Shown: positions 27,972-38,327 of the stretch, piece by piece | Layout of the letters: the number at the start of each line of letters is the position of its first letter | How positions within the stretch are numbered: the stretch's first letter is position 1 | DNA from: an uncultured Eubacteriales bacterium | GTDB lineage: Bacteria > Bacillota_I > Bacilli_A > RF39 > UBA660 | Length of the DNA: 64,000 nt | NCBI GenBank assembly: GCA_905211265.1 | Contig: CAJMAC010000001.1 | Location: 2,412-66,411, forward strand | Direction: 5' to 3' | The notes under the pieces: generated by a model | The model's database searches: none | The model's input: only the letters and a program-made list of their open reading frames with translations | What the model was told of the DNA's origin: nothing | Translations under genes and position numbers: made by a program

Positions 27972-28241
27972 ATGGCAAACGTTAAAAATGCAGTTAAAAA
28001 AATTAAACAAATTAACAAAACTACATTAGCAAATCAATGCTTAAAATCAACTGTAAAAAATTCAATTAAAAACACTGATAAAGCAGTTGAAGCAGGAAAT
28101 CTTGAAGAAGCTAAAAAACAATTAAATCTTGCTATTAAAAGTTTAGATAATGCTAAGGTTAAAGGTTTAGTACATAAAAACAAAGTTAATAGAGAAAAAT
28201 CAAGATTAACTAAAAAAGTAAATGCTATGGCATCAAAGTAA
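27972..28241 (+). CDS. rpsT: 30S ribosomal protein S20
   Basis: MANVKNAVKKIKQ... The track start at 27951 is a TTG upstream of the AAAGGAG SD; ATG 27972 is the real start. Confidence 0.95.
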   Translation: MANVKNAVKKIKQINKTTLANQCLKSTVKNSIKNTDKAVEAGNLEEAKKQLNLAIKSLDNAKVKGLVHKNKVNREKSRLTKKVNAMASK

Positions 28242-28245
28242 AAAG

Positions 28246-28277
28246 AAATGATTAAACATTAAAGTCTAATCATTTTT
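28246..28277 (+). terminator. Hairpin terminator between convergent rpsT and the XRE-family gene
   Basis: AAATGATTA-12 nt loop-TAATCATTT followed by TTT. Confidence 0.5.
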
Positions 28278-28918
28278 TATTTATCCGTACATGTACTAAA
28301 ACTTGTTTGTTCTAATCCTTGTTTATTAGTTTCATTAACATTAATTATTTTAGAATTATTAAATATAACATCAGGATTATCTTTTAAATACTCTTTATCT
28401 ATTTCAAATACAAATTCATAATTCTTACCCTTTTCCAAATCATCTGAAATACTCTTAGGTAATTTTATTGTATATACTCCCTCAGTTTGAAATTTCTTTA
28501 AAGACACATATAAATAATTTTCATCATTACTTAAATTAATATTATCAATGTTATATATTTCAGTTAAAGTACAATCACAACTCTTACTACCATTCATTAT
28601 CTCTTTATTCTTATTCATATTTATTATAATAACCAATATAATAGAAATAACTATTAAACAAATACCAATAATAATTACAATCTTATTACCTTTAACATCT
28701 TTATTATTATCTTCCTCACCATTTAATAATTCACTTGTACTAATACCAAGAATATCACCTAATGACTTTAATATCCCAATATCAGGTAATGAATTACCAG
28801 TTTCCCATTTACTAATAGCTTTATCACTAACTCCTAATTTATCTCCTAATTCTATTTGAGTTAAACCAATTTCTTTTCTTTTTTTCTTAATAAATTTACC
28901 AATTATTCTATTATCCAT
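28277..28918 (-). CDS. Membrane-anchored XRE-family HTH regulator
   Basis: IKKKRKEIGLTQIELGDKLGVSDKAISKWETG HTH, a central TM segment, and an extracellular C-terminal domain. Confidence 0.75.
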   Translation of the reverse strand: MDNRIIGKFIKKKRKEIGLTQIELGDKLGVSDKAISKWETGNSLPDIGILKSLGDILGISTSELLNGEEDNNKDVKGNKIVIIIGICLIVISIILVIIINMNKNKEIMNGSKSCDCTLTEIYNIDNINLSNDENYLYVSLKKFQTEGVYTIKLPKSISDDLEKGKNYEFVFEIDKEYLKDNPDVIFNNSKIINVNETNKQGLEQTSFSTCTDK

Positions 28919-29248
28919 ATTACCTCCTATAATTATATAAATACTTACATTTATATTTTAATATAATTAGTTAAATAATACTACCTACTATTACTAGAAT
29001 AACTCTACTTTAAGTAGAATTATACTTAAATATATTATTATTATAAATTAAACTAAAATAAAATACAACATAATTTTGAAACTATACCTAGGTTCAAAAT
29101 TACTTTTTAATGACTAATTTTTAGGCATTAAAAACCTTGGAATAACTAAAAGTTATGTAAAGGATAAATAAATTAATAAATAATATTTTAATATTTTATT
29201 TACTTTAAAAATACTTTTTGCTATAATTAAGTAAAGGGAGGCTGTGAT

Positions 29249-30163
29249 ATGAAATATGTATACATTTTCTTAGCAATAATAATTATATTTATACTATCTA
29301 TTTTTACATTTAAGGAGGATGAAATATACTATTATTATGCCAAATATACCACAGAAAGTAACGAAGAATTAAATAATAACAATTATTTTTATATAGATAA
29401 TTTCATGTATTTAGATGATTATACAAATACAGAAATACATTCCAAAGAAGAATTATATAACACAATATATTACCTAGTTAATTCAGGAATAACACACACT
29501 AAAAGATACTTTGATATTAACTACACTAATTATGAAGAAGATTATAGTAACTTATTTGAAAATGTTGACGAATTAAATATTATAAATAACTTTGTTCATC
29601 CATATAACTCATTTAGTTCAATCGAAGCAAGTCTAAAAGGCTATGTATTAGATATAACAATAAAATATAATGATTACTACTCTGATACATATAAACAAAA
29701 AATAGATAACGAAGTAAGCAAAGTAATAAATGAATTAATAACAAATAATATGACAGACAAAGAAAAGGTAAAAGTAATACACGATTACATAGTAAATAAT
29801 ACAACTTATGATGAAAACTTCTGTGTAGAAAAAACTAATTGCACTACTACTTCACCATATGCTTCAGATACAGCTTATGGAGTATTATTTGAACACTATG
29901 GAATCTGCTCAGGATATACAGATCTCATGGCAATATTCTTAAATAAATTAAATATAATTAATTATAGAGTTACCAATGATACTCATACATGGAATGCCGT
30001 AAAAATAAATAATACTTGGTACCATTTAGATGCAACATGGGATGACCCAATAAATGATACACCAGTATTATCACATACATACTTTTTGATTACCACAAGC
30101 GAAGACGAAAAATTAAAAGAACCACATATCTTTAATAAAGAAATATTTATGGAATTAAGTTAA
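29249..30163 (+). CDS. Transglutaminase-like cysteine protease-fold protein, membrane anchored
   Basis: N-terminal TM. Core GICSGYTDLMAIFLN...THTWNAVKINNTWYHLDATWDDP (Cys-His-Asp arrangement). Confidence 0.7.
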   Translation: MKYVYIFLAIIIIFILSIFTFKEDEIYYYYAKYTTESNEELNNNNYFYIDNFMYLDDYTNTEIHSKEELYNTIYYLVNSGITHTKRYFDINYTNYEEDYSNLFENVDELNIINNFVHPYNSFSSIEASLKGYVLDITIKYNDYYSDTYKQKIDNEVSKVINELITNNMTDKEKVKVIHDYIVNNTTYDENFCVEKTNCTTTSPYASDTAYGVLFEHYGICSGYTDLMAIFLNKLNIINYRVTNDTHTWNAVKINNTWYHLDATWDDPINDTPVLSHTYFLITTSEDEKLKEPHIFNKEIFMELS

Positions 30164-30214
30164 CAATTTATATTGTTTTCTTTTTTTTAACATATAATTT
30201 ACTAAGGTGAACTT

Positions 30215-31504
30215 ATGAAAAGTAAATTTATAAAATCTACTATAATATTAATAATCGGTGGATTAATTACAAAATTATTAGGAATGTTTATAAAAATAGT
30301 ATTAACTAGAACAATCAAAGAAGAAGGAATAAGCTTGTATATGTTAATACTGCCTACATTTAATTTATTTATAACTCTGTGTACATTAGGATTAAGTCCT
30401 GCGATAAGTAAACTAATTAGTGAAAGAAAAAGAAAAAGTAAAAACATAATACTTTCTCTAATACCTCTTGTTATAATCTATAACCTAATTTTAATAATAT
30501 TAATTATTATTATATCTCCATTACTATCTAATGTATTATTACAAAACTCTAATACTTATTACCCAATAATAGCAATTGGATTAACCCTACCTTTTATATG
30601 TATATCAAGTATAATCAAAGGATATTACTTTGGCAAAGAAAGAATGTTTCCACATACCCTATCTAATATAATTGAACAATTAACTAGATTATTACTTACT
30701 ATAACATATATACCTAAATTATTAAATTATGGCATAGTATATTCTGTAACCGGCGTAGTATTAATTAATATAATAAGTGAATTCATAAGTATAATAATAT
30801 TACTCTTATTCTTACCCAAAAATGAAATAATAACTATCGAAGACTATAAAATAGATAAAATAATTCTAAAAGATATTCTAAGTATCAGTATACCTTCCAC
30901 AGGAAGCAGATTAATTGGCAGTATAGTTTATTTCTTTGAACCAATAATACTAACATTTATCTTAAAATATGTTGGATATGATTACAATTATATAACATTA
31001 GAATATGGAATAATTAATGGTTATGTCTATCCCCTTTTACTAATGCCATCATTCTTTACCCTTGCCATATCTAATGCCCTACTACCAGTAATATCAAATA
31101 ACTATGCTAATAATAGAAAAGAATACTCTAAAAATAAGTTAAAACAAGCAATAATATTTTCACTTATTATAGGTATTCCATTTACATTAATATTTATTTT
31201 CATTCCAAATATTCCCCTAAACTTAATATATAAAACAACATCAGGATTAAACTATATACCATATCTTGCACCATTCTTCTTACTTTATTATGTTCAATCC
31301 CCACTTACTTCAACACTCCAAGGAATGGGGAAAGCTAAAGAAGCTATGTATGGTACATTAATAGGATCATTAATTAAAACAATATCATTAATAATCTTAT
31401 CTTTTCTTAAAATAGGTTTGTGGAGTCTACTTATATCAAATATCTTAAATATTTTATACGTAACAATACAACATTACTATGTAGTACATAAATATCTAAA
31501 TTAA
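30215..31504 (+). CDS. spoVB: MOP-superfamily flippase, SpoVB-like
   Basis: 429 aa, polytopic. N-terminus ..KSTIILIIGGLITKLLGMFIKIVLTR.IGEEGISLY.. is typical of SpoVB. Confidence 0.65.
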   Translation: MKSKFIKSTIILIIGGLITKLLGMFIKIVLTRTIKEEGISLYMLILPTFNLFITLCTLGLSPAISKLISERKRKSKNIILSLIPLVIIYNLILIILIIIISPLLSNVLLQNSNTYYPIIAIGLTLPFICISSIIKGYYFGKERMFPHTLSNIIEQLTRLLLTITYIPKLLNYGIVYSVTGVVLINIISEFISIIILLLFLPKNEIITIEDYKIDKIILKDILSISIPSTGSRLIGSIVYFFEPIILTFILKYVGYDYNYITLEYGIINGYVYPLLLMPSFFTLAISNALLPVISNNYANNRKEYSKNKLKQAIIFSLIIGIPFTLIFIFIPNIPLNLIYKTTSGLNYIPYLAPFFLLYYVQSPLTSTLQGMGKAKEAMYGTLIGSLIKTISLIILSFLKIGLWSLLISNILNILYVTIQHYYVVHKYLN

Positions 31505-32292
31505 AATCCCTTAATCTTATAAGTACTATATTTAACACTATCTAATGAACTATTAAATAAATAATTAGATATATCACTCTTATTATATTTTAAATATATA
31601 CCATCACTATTAAAATATAAATATATATACTTATCAAAATTATCAATAATCTTACTAGAATAACTATCTGCTTCCTTAGTTAATTCATCCTTATTATCTT
31701 TTCCTTCGATTACTAAATCAAAAACCCTTCTACTTATACCTTCCTTAGATAAACCATATTTACTAAGTACTTCCTCACTAGATAATAAATTTTTACTTAC
31801 AGTATCTACAAATAAATTAGCGATATAATTATTTACTTTCTTATAATCTACTTCATCTTCAATTAAATATAATACTGATAATATATTATTATTAATATTA
31901 GTTAATATAATAGATTCTAACTTACTTGTACTCTTATATCCCGTAACATTATGTTCCTTATTGTATTCATTAACAAATTCTTTATTTACACTAATTGAGT
32001 CTTCCAACGACTTAATTATTTCATCTTGTTTATCTGTAAATTCTTTTGTAGATTCATTAGTTAAATTCTTAAAACTAATTTTCTTTAAATTAACACTACT
32101 ATATAAATCCATATATTTAGTAGTATCTACTTCCTCCATCAATACATAATTCGTAGCATCTAAATTATTATTAGGAACTTCTACTACAGTATTATCTTTC
32201 TTATTAGCAATAACAAATATAACTACAAATACAAATAATAGTATAAAGATAACAAGTAACCCTATCATTATTTTTTCCATCGTAGTCTTCAT
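31501..32292 (-). CDS. Hypothetical membrane-anchored protein
   Basis: N-terminal TM and about 220 aa of extracytoplasmic domain. No family recognised. Confidence 0.55.
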   Translation of the reverse strand: MKTTMEKIMIGLLVIFILLFVFVVIFVIANKKDNTVVEVPNNNLDATNYVLMEEVDTTKYMDLYSSVNLKKISFKNLTNESTKEFTDKQDEIIKSLEDSISVNKEFVNEYNKEHNVTGYKSTSKLESIILTNINNNILSVLYLIEDEVDYKKVNNYIANLFVDTVSKNLLSSEEVLSKYGLSKEGISRRVFDLVIEGKDNKDELTKEADSYSSKIIDNFDKYIYLYFNSDGIYLKYNKSDISNYLFNSSLDSVKYSTYKIKGF

Positions 32293-32393
32293 ATAATCAA
32301 CCTCTTTCTATTTAAATAAATTATAACACATTATTTAGTATTTTTAAATAGATTTTAACAAATTTATGATATACTATATATATGGAGGTAATC

Positions 32394-33239
32394 ATGAATA
32401 ATAAAACAATCGTAGCAATGATATATGACTTTGATAAAACACTATGTGATAAAGATATGCAAGAATATTCTTTTATTCCTAATTTAGGACTAGATATCAA
32501 AGAATTTTGGAATAGAACTACTGAAATTACAATGAATAATAAAATGGATAAAATATTAGCATATATGTATATGATGGTAAATGAATCAAAGAAAAATCAT
32601 CAATTTATAACTAAAGAATACTTAAATAGTCTAGGTAAAGATATTAACTTCTTTCCTGGTATTACTTCTTGGTTTACTAGAATCAATGAATACGGTAAAA
32701 GTCTAGGATTAGAAATAGAACATTATATCGTATCATCAGGCTTAAAAGAAATAATCGAAGGAACAGAAATAGCAAAATACTTTAAAGTAATATATGGATG
32801 TGAATTCTTATATGATGAGAATAATAATGCAGTATGGCCTAAAATGAGTATTAATTATACTACTAAAACACAATTTATAAGTAGAATTAATAAAGGAGTA
32901 TTGGATATTTGCGAAGATAATGCCTTAAATAAAAAAATGTTATCAGAAAACAGGAGAATATCTACTAGAAATATGATATATTTTGGTGATGGATTAACAG
33001 ACATTCCATCCATGCGAATGATTAGAGAATCAAATGGTTATGCCATCGCAGTATATCAAAATGATGATAAAAAAGTAGTATCTAATCTAATCAAAGATAA
33101 CAGAATTGATTTTTATGCCAAAGCCAATTATGAAGAAAACTCTGATATGGACAAGCTAATCAAAGATGTATTAAATGAAATTGCTATAAAAAATAAACTT
33201 AATAATTTACACAAATCACAAATAAAAGAAGTTGAATAA
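32394..33239 (+). CDS. HAD-superfamily hydrolase
   Basis: Motif I MIYDFDKTL, motif IV YFGDGLTDIPSM. ATG 32394 follows GGAGG (the track start 32382 contains the SD). Confidence 0.7.
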   Translation: MNNKTIVAMIYDFDKTLCDKDMQEYSFIPNLGLDIKEFWNRTTEITMNNKMDKILAYMYMMVNESKKNHQFITKEYLNSLGKDINFFPGITSWFTRINEYGKSLGLEIEHYIVSSGLKEIIEGTEIAKYFKVIYGCEFLYDENNNAVWPKMSINYTTKTQFISRINKGVLDICEDNALNKKMLSENRRISTRNMIYFGDGLTDIPSMRMIRESNGYAIAVYQNDDKKVVSNLIKDNRIDFYAKANYEENSDMDKLIKDVLNEIAIKNKLNNLHKSQIKEVE

Positions 33240-33710
33240 CTAACATTCTAACTTCTTTTTAATATACTCTCTTACTTCTTCAATAGTCATATTTAAAGCA
33301 ATAGACATTTCACTATATAAATATTTTTCTGCTAACAAGAAATAATATTCATCCTTATCGCTAATTTTCTTCTTATTATTTAATCTATTCATATTTCTTA
33401 AATAAGTAGTCTTAATAATTCTAATTAAATCTTCATAACTATTATTACTTAATAATTCCTTATATTTACTATCAAGATTCTTATTTAAATCATTAATTTC
33501 TAAAATATTAGGAATATCATTAACTAAACTATCTATTTTCTCTTTAGAAATAATTCTCTTAATATTTTTATTATCACATGGAATACTTATCTTTAAACTA
33601 TTATCATTAATTGGTTTTAAAACATAATACTTCTTATCCTTAATATTTTTTACTTCTAATATCTTACAAGTCTCATGCATATATACAACATAATCATTAA
33701 CATTATACAT
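33240..33710 (-). CDS. CarD/CdnL/TRCF-family transcription factor-like protein
   Basis: N-terminal tudor-like YNVNDYVVYMHETCKILEV....KKYYVLKP. 156 aa. Confidence 0.65.
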   Translation of the reverse strand: MYNVNDYVVYMHETCKILEVKNIKDKKYYVLKPINDNSLKISIPCDNKNIKRIISKEKIDSLVNDIPNILEINDLNKNLDSKYKELLSNNSYEDLIRIIKTTYLRNMNRLNNKKKISDKDEYYFLLAEKYLYSEMSIALNMTIEEVREYIKKKLEC

Positions 33711-33818
33711 ATTTACCTCCTAAAAAAGCCATATAACTGATTTTACTCCAAATATATAGCTACACATTACAATATAATTATAACATTTTTAATTTTTTTT
33801 CGTAAGTAAAAAATGCTT

Positions 33819-34904
33819 TTATTTATTAAATTTACTTATATTAAGTAATATTCCCATCGATATTAAAGTAATCATTAAAGAAGAACCACCATAAGATAAA
33901 AATGGTAATGTAACCCCCGTAACAGGAATTAATCCCACTACTACCATTAAATTAAGTAATGCTTGAAAAGCAAGAGAAAATATTATACCAAAAGATAAAT
34001 ATTTACCAAATAATTCCTCACAATTAATACTTATTTTAATTCCTTGATATATTATCATTACAAATAAACTTGCTACAATTAATATACCCATAAATCCAAA
34101 TTCTTCACTTATTATAGAAAAGATAAAATCAGTCTGAGGTTCAGGTAAATAAAAATGTTTTTGAATAGAATTACCTAATCCTAACCCTAATAATCCTCCT
34201 GGACCAATCGCATACATTGATTGAATTATTTGAAACCCACTACCTAGTGGATCTGACCAAGGATTTAAAAAAGATAAAATTCTTTGCATTCTATAAGGTG
34301 CAACAATTATTAATCCCACTACTCCAATTAATCCAAGTATACCTATTTTAACAAAGAAATTCATTTTAACACCACTAACAAAAAATAATACAATAATACT
34401 AACTACAATAATTACACCTGTTCCAAAATCAGGTTGCAACATAATAAGCCCAAATACTAAAAACAATATAATTAAAATAGGAAATACTCCTTTTTTAATA
34501 TCCTTAACTACTCTTTTATTTCTTTCTAGATATTTAGATACAAATATAATTAATCCTAGTTTAGTAAATTCACTAGGTTGAATACCAAATCCTCCAATAC
34601 CAAACCAACTCCTAGAACCATTTCTAATAGTACCTATCCCTGGAATTAATACCAAAACAAGTAAACTTAAACATACAATAAATATAGTATTAGAATATTT
34701 TTTATATTTATGATAATCAACATTTGAAGTTATAAACATAAGAATATATCCAATTATTAAAAATATAGCCTGTGATTTTAAAAATTTATATGAATCATCA
34801 AACTTATATTCAGCCCATACATAACTAGAAGAATATATCATTAAAAGCCCAAATAAACTAATAACAATTACACTTATAAGTAATAGCAAATTAGACTTTT
34901 TCAT
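33819..34904 (-). CDS. spoVE: SEDS-family peptidoglycan polymerase (FtsW/RodA/SpoVE)
   Basis: 10 TM segments; QPSEFTKL and PEPQTDFIFS motifs. Its position after spoVD-mraY suggests spoVE. Confidence 0.85.
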   Translation of the reverse strand: MKKSNLLLLISVIVISLFGLLMIYSSSYVWAEYKFDDSYKFLKSQAIFLIIGYILMFITSNVDYHKYKKYSNTIFIVCLSLLVLVLIPGIGTIRNGSRSWFGIGGFGIQPSEFTKLGLIIFVSKYLERNKRVVKDIKKGVFPILIILFLVFGLIMLQPDFGTGVIIVVSIIVLFFVSGVKMNFFVKIGILGLIGVVGLIIVAPYRMQRILSFLNPWSDPLGSGFQIIQSMYAIGPGGLLGLGLGNSIQKHFYLPEPQTDFIFSIISEEFGFMGILIVASLFVMIIYQGIKISINCEELFGKYLSFGIIFSLAFQALLNLMVVVGLIPVTGVTLPFLSYGGSSLMITLISMGILLNISKFNK

Positions 34905-35043
34905 AATATCACCTATTTAATTATATGTTAAAAGTATATAAAAATAAGTACTATTTTACAAGTACTCAAAAGAATTGCATTTAGATTTAAATCATTTAGA
35001 AGATTCAAAGTTAGAATTATTATATGTAAAAATCTATTACACT

Positions 35044-35077
35044 TGAAAAAAGCCAGTGCCTTTTAAGCACTAGCTTT
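35044..35077 (-). terminator. Rho-independent terminator after mraY
   Basis: Minus strand AGCTAGTGC-ttaaaag-GCACTGGCT followed by TTTTT. Confidence 0.65.
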
Positions 35078-35140
35078 ATCAAATTTCTTTATCAAAATTT
35101 TTGGTCACACCCACTATTTGACAAAGAACCATTTATTTCT

Positions 35141-36133
35141 TTATAACCAAACTCCATATATTAAAGCAAGTAATCCTAAAATTAAACCTACTATCCAAAA
35201 TAATTTTACAATATCATTTTCCTGCCAACCAAGTCTTTCAAAATGATGATGTATTGGAGTCATTAAAAATACTCTTCTTTTTAATACAACAACTGAAAAT
35301 ATTTGAATAATAACACTAAGAGTTTCAATAACAAATACTCCCCCAATTACTGCAAGTGATATTTCATGGGCAGTTAATATTGCTATTGTTGCAAGTGTTG
35401 CTCCTAAAGTTAAACTACCAGTATCTCCCATAAATACTTTTGCTGGATGTGTATTATAAACTAGAAATCCTAATACTGAACCTACTAATATAAAACAAAA
35501 TATACCTAAGTCCTTATAACCTTCAATCCACCAACTGCCCCACGCAATAAGTCCAAAAGCAAGGAAGGCAATTACAGAAAGTCCTCCAGCAAGTCCATCT
35601 AATCCATCAGTTAAATTAACAGCATTAGAACTTCCTACTAAAAGAAATAATATAAAGACACCATAAAACCATTTTAAATTTAAACTAATACCAAGTAAAC
35701 TTATTCTAAGATAAGAATCTGCTTCAGTAAACTGACTATATAATACATAGAAAACTAATGCTACAATAAATTGTAAAAATAATTTTTGCCATTGTGTTAA
35801 ACCTTTATTAGTTTTTCTTTTTATACTTAAATAATCATCTAAAAATCCTATAAATCCATAACTTACAAATACAAATAATACTATCATTAAATTAACTGAA
35901 TATTCAATTTTATTAGTAAATAGTAAAAATAGTGTTGTAAGTAAAGTTGGAATTATAAAGATTATTCCTCCCATTGTAGGAGTACCTGCTTTTGACTTAT
36001 GCGCTTCAACATATACATTAATATTTTGACCTAATTTAATCTTCTTTAAAAAAGGTATTACAATTAATCCAAAAAATGTTGCAGCAATAAAACCAATCAT
36101 TAAGGCAAATAACGACTTAGTTAATGTTAACAT
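35141..36133 (-). CDS. mraY: Phospho-N-acetylmuramoyl-pentapeptide transferase
   Basis: KAGTPTMGG, NAVNLTDGLDGLA, MGDTGSL, PIHHHFE motifs. Confidence 0.97.
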   Translation of the reverse strand: MLTLTKSLFALMIGFIAATFFGLIVIPFLKKIKLGQNINVYVEAHKSKAGTPTMGGIIFIIPTLLTTLFLLFTNKIEYSVNLMIVLFVFVSYGFIGFLDDYLSIKRKTNKGLTQWQKLFLQFIVALVFYVLYSQFTEADSYLRISLLGISLNLKWFYGVFILFLLVGSSNAVNLTDGLDGLAGGLSVIAFLAFGLIAWGSWWIEGYKDLGIFCFILVGSVLGFLVYNTHPAKVFMGDTGSLTLGATLATIAILTAHEISLAVIGGVFVIETLSVIIQIFSVVVLKRRVFLMTPIHHHFERLGWQENDIVKLFWIVGLILGLLALIYGVWL

Positions 36134-36221
36134 TATAACACTTCCTTTTTCCTATATAATATTATAGCATAAATATAGCAATTTATTTTTAACAAAAAAT
36201 ATACTTTACACTTATTTGTCA

Positions 36222-38132
36222 TTAGTTATCAGATAAAAGTAATCTAACAACACTATTTTCCGAAACTCTACTACCTACACTTGGTGATTGTGATAAAACA
36301 ATATTTCCTGTTCCAGTGTATTCTATTTGAAAGTTTTTTAATTCTTTTTTAGCATCACTTACAGTTTTACCTACTACATTAGGAACAGTATAATATTTTG
36401 TATCATACCATTGATATTTTTTAGGAATTGTATCTAAACTAGGACTAATATTAAGTGCACTAATTGCATCAGTTAAAATATTTTTAGCTATTGGTGCTGC
36501 TATTGTTCCACCATATTGAGTAACACCCTTAGGATTATCAATTGCAACATAAGCAATTACTTTTGGATTATCCGCAGGTAAAAATCCTACAAAAGATAAA
36601 ATATAATTACCTACCATATAACTACCTTTATTAACTTTTTGTGCTGTTCCTGTTTTTCCTCCTACTCTATAATTTTCAATATAAGCATTTCTTCCTGTTC
36701 CAAGTGCTACAACACTTTCTAAGGCATATCTTACTTGTTCACTTGCTTCCTCACTTATAACTTTTCTAACAAATGTAGGTTTATGTTCTTCGATTATTTC
36801 TCCTGTTTCATGTTCAGTAATTCTTTTTACTATATATGGTCTATATAGTGTTCCTCCGTTAATTGCTGCACTTACCGCAGTTATTTGTTGTATTGCAGTT
36901 ACACTTACTCCTTGGCCAAAAGCAGTAGTAGCAAGTTCAACTGGACCTACTTTATCTAAATTAAATAAGATACCTGAGGCTTCACCATTTAAATCTATTC
37001 CTGTTTTTTTACCAAATCCAAAATTATTAATATATTCAAATAATTTTTCTTTACCTAATCTATTTCCTAATTCTACAAATCCAGGATTGCAAGAGTTTTG
37101 AACTACTTCAAGAAAAGTTTGTGCACCATGTCCTCCTCTTTTCCAACATTTTATTCTTGCACCATCAACATTAACACTACCTGAATCATAAAAAGTATCT
37201 TTAACTAAATCTACTGTTTTTTCATTAACTGATGTAGCAAGAGTAACAATTTTAAAAGTTGAACCAGGTTCATAACTAGCCCATATAGCATAATTTCTAT
37301 TAAGTTCTTCAGTAGTATAATCTTGATAATGATTTGGATTAAAATTAGGTCTTGAACTCATCGCAAGTATTTCACCACTATTTGGATCCATTACAATACT
37401 CCATGCCCCATCAGCATTATATTTAGTCATTGCGTTATCTAGTTCTCTTTCAACTGCAGCTTGTATTTCATAATTTACAGTTAAATATATATCCATACCA
37501 TCTTCCGGTTCAACATATACTTCACTTCTTTCTAATCTATTTCCCTTAGCATCAGAAAAATATTGTATTGCACCACTTGCACCAGTTAAATAAGTATCAT
37601 ATTGTAACTCTAATCCACTTAATCCTTGATTATCTATTCCAACAAATCCTAAAATATGACTCATTAAATTATTATATGGATAATATCTCTTACTTTCCTT
37701 AACTAAATAAACACCATCATAATTTAAAGAATTAATTTTATCTGCTATTTCATAAGATAATCTTCTACCTTCTGGATGTACTCTTTCTATTGAAGACTTT
37801 TTATATAAATGTTCTTCAATTACTTTTTTATCTACATTTAATATATTAGCAATATCAGTAGCAACTTTGTCTTTATCCTTTACTTGATTAGGAATAAATA
37901 CTAAACTAACTGTAGTTAAATTATCTGCAATCACTGTGCCATCATTTGTATATATTCTTCCTCTATCTGGTTCAATAGGTAAATTTCTACTCCACAAACT
38001 ACTTGCTAAATTACTAAGTTTATTATAGTCAATAACTTGAATGTAAAATACTTTACCAATAATAATAATAAAACATAATATAACTATCAATAATACTATT
38101 CTTTCTCTTTTATGAATATTTTTAAAAAACAT
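36222..38132 (-). CDS. spoVD: Class B penicillin-binding protein with one C-terminal PASTA domain (SpoVD/PBP2B type)
   Basis: STFK, SCN and KTGT motifs; PASTA VPNVVGKTVSDAKKEL. 636 aa. Confidence 0.9.
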   Translation of the reverse strand: MFFKNIHKRERIVLLIVILCFIIIIGKVFYIQVIDYNKLSNLASSLWSRNLPIEPDRGRIYTNDGTVIADNLTTVSLVFIPNQVKDKDKVATDIANILNVDKKVIEEHLYKKSSIERVHPEGRRLSYEIADKINSLNYDGVYLVKESKRYYPYNNLMSHILGFVGIDNQGLSGLELQYDTYLTGASGAIQYFSDAKGNRLERSEVYVEPEDGMDIYLTVNYEIQAAVERELDNAMTKYNADGAWSIVMDPNSGEILAMSSRPNFNPNHYQDYTTEELNRNYAIWASYEPGSTFKIVTLATSVNEKTVDLVKDTFYDSGSVNVDGARIKCWKRGGHGAQTFLEVVQNSCNPGFVELGNRLGKEKLFEYINNFGFGKKTGIDLNGEASGILFNLDKVGPVELATTAFGQGVSVTAIQQITAVSAAINGGTLYRPYIVKRITEHETGEIIEEHKPTFVRKVISEEASEQVRYALESVVALGTGRNAYIENYRVGGKTGTAQKVNKGSYMVGNYILSFVGFLPADNPKVIAYVAIDNPKGVTQYGGTIAAPIAKNILTDAISALNISPSLDTIPKKYQWYDTKYYTVPNVVGKTVSDAKKELKNFQIEYTGTGNIVLSQSPSVGSRVSENSVVRLLLSDN

Positions 38133-38327
38133 AAGTATCTCCCTTATTAATACTTATGCTGTTAATTTTAAAATATAATAATTTTATTGTACTGCAAGAA
38201 AATATTTTGTTACAATTTTACTTATTTTTTTGCAACATTTTATAAAACTTATATTTATCAATTTTAAAATATAATAAAGTTATAGAAATAAATCATAAAA
38301 TATAGTATAATTATTAAAGGTGGTACA

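Noticed and set aside
28919-29248. 330-bp intergenic region with small inverted repeats (TTTTGAA..TTCAAAA, TTAATG..CATTAA), considered as a riboswitch or sRNA.
   Set aside because: No conserved riboswitch core was recognisable. The stems are short and AT-only. The region is most simply two divergent promoter regions.
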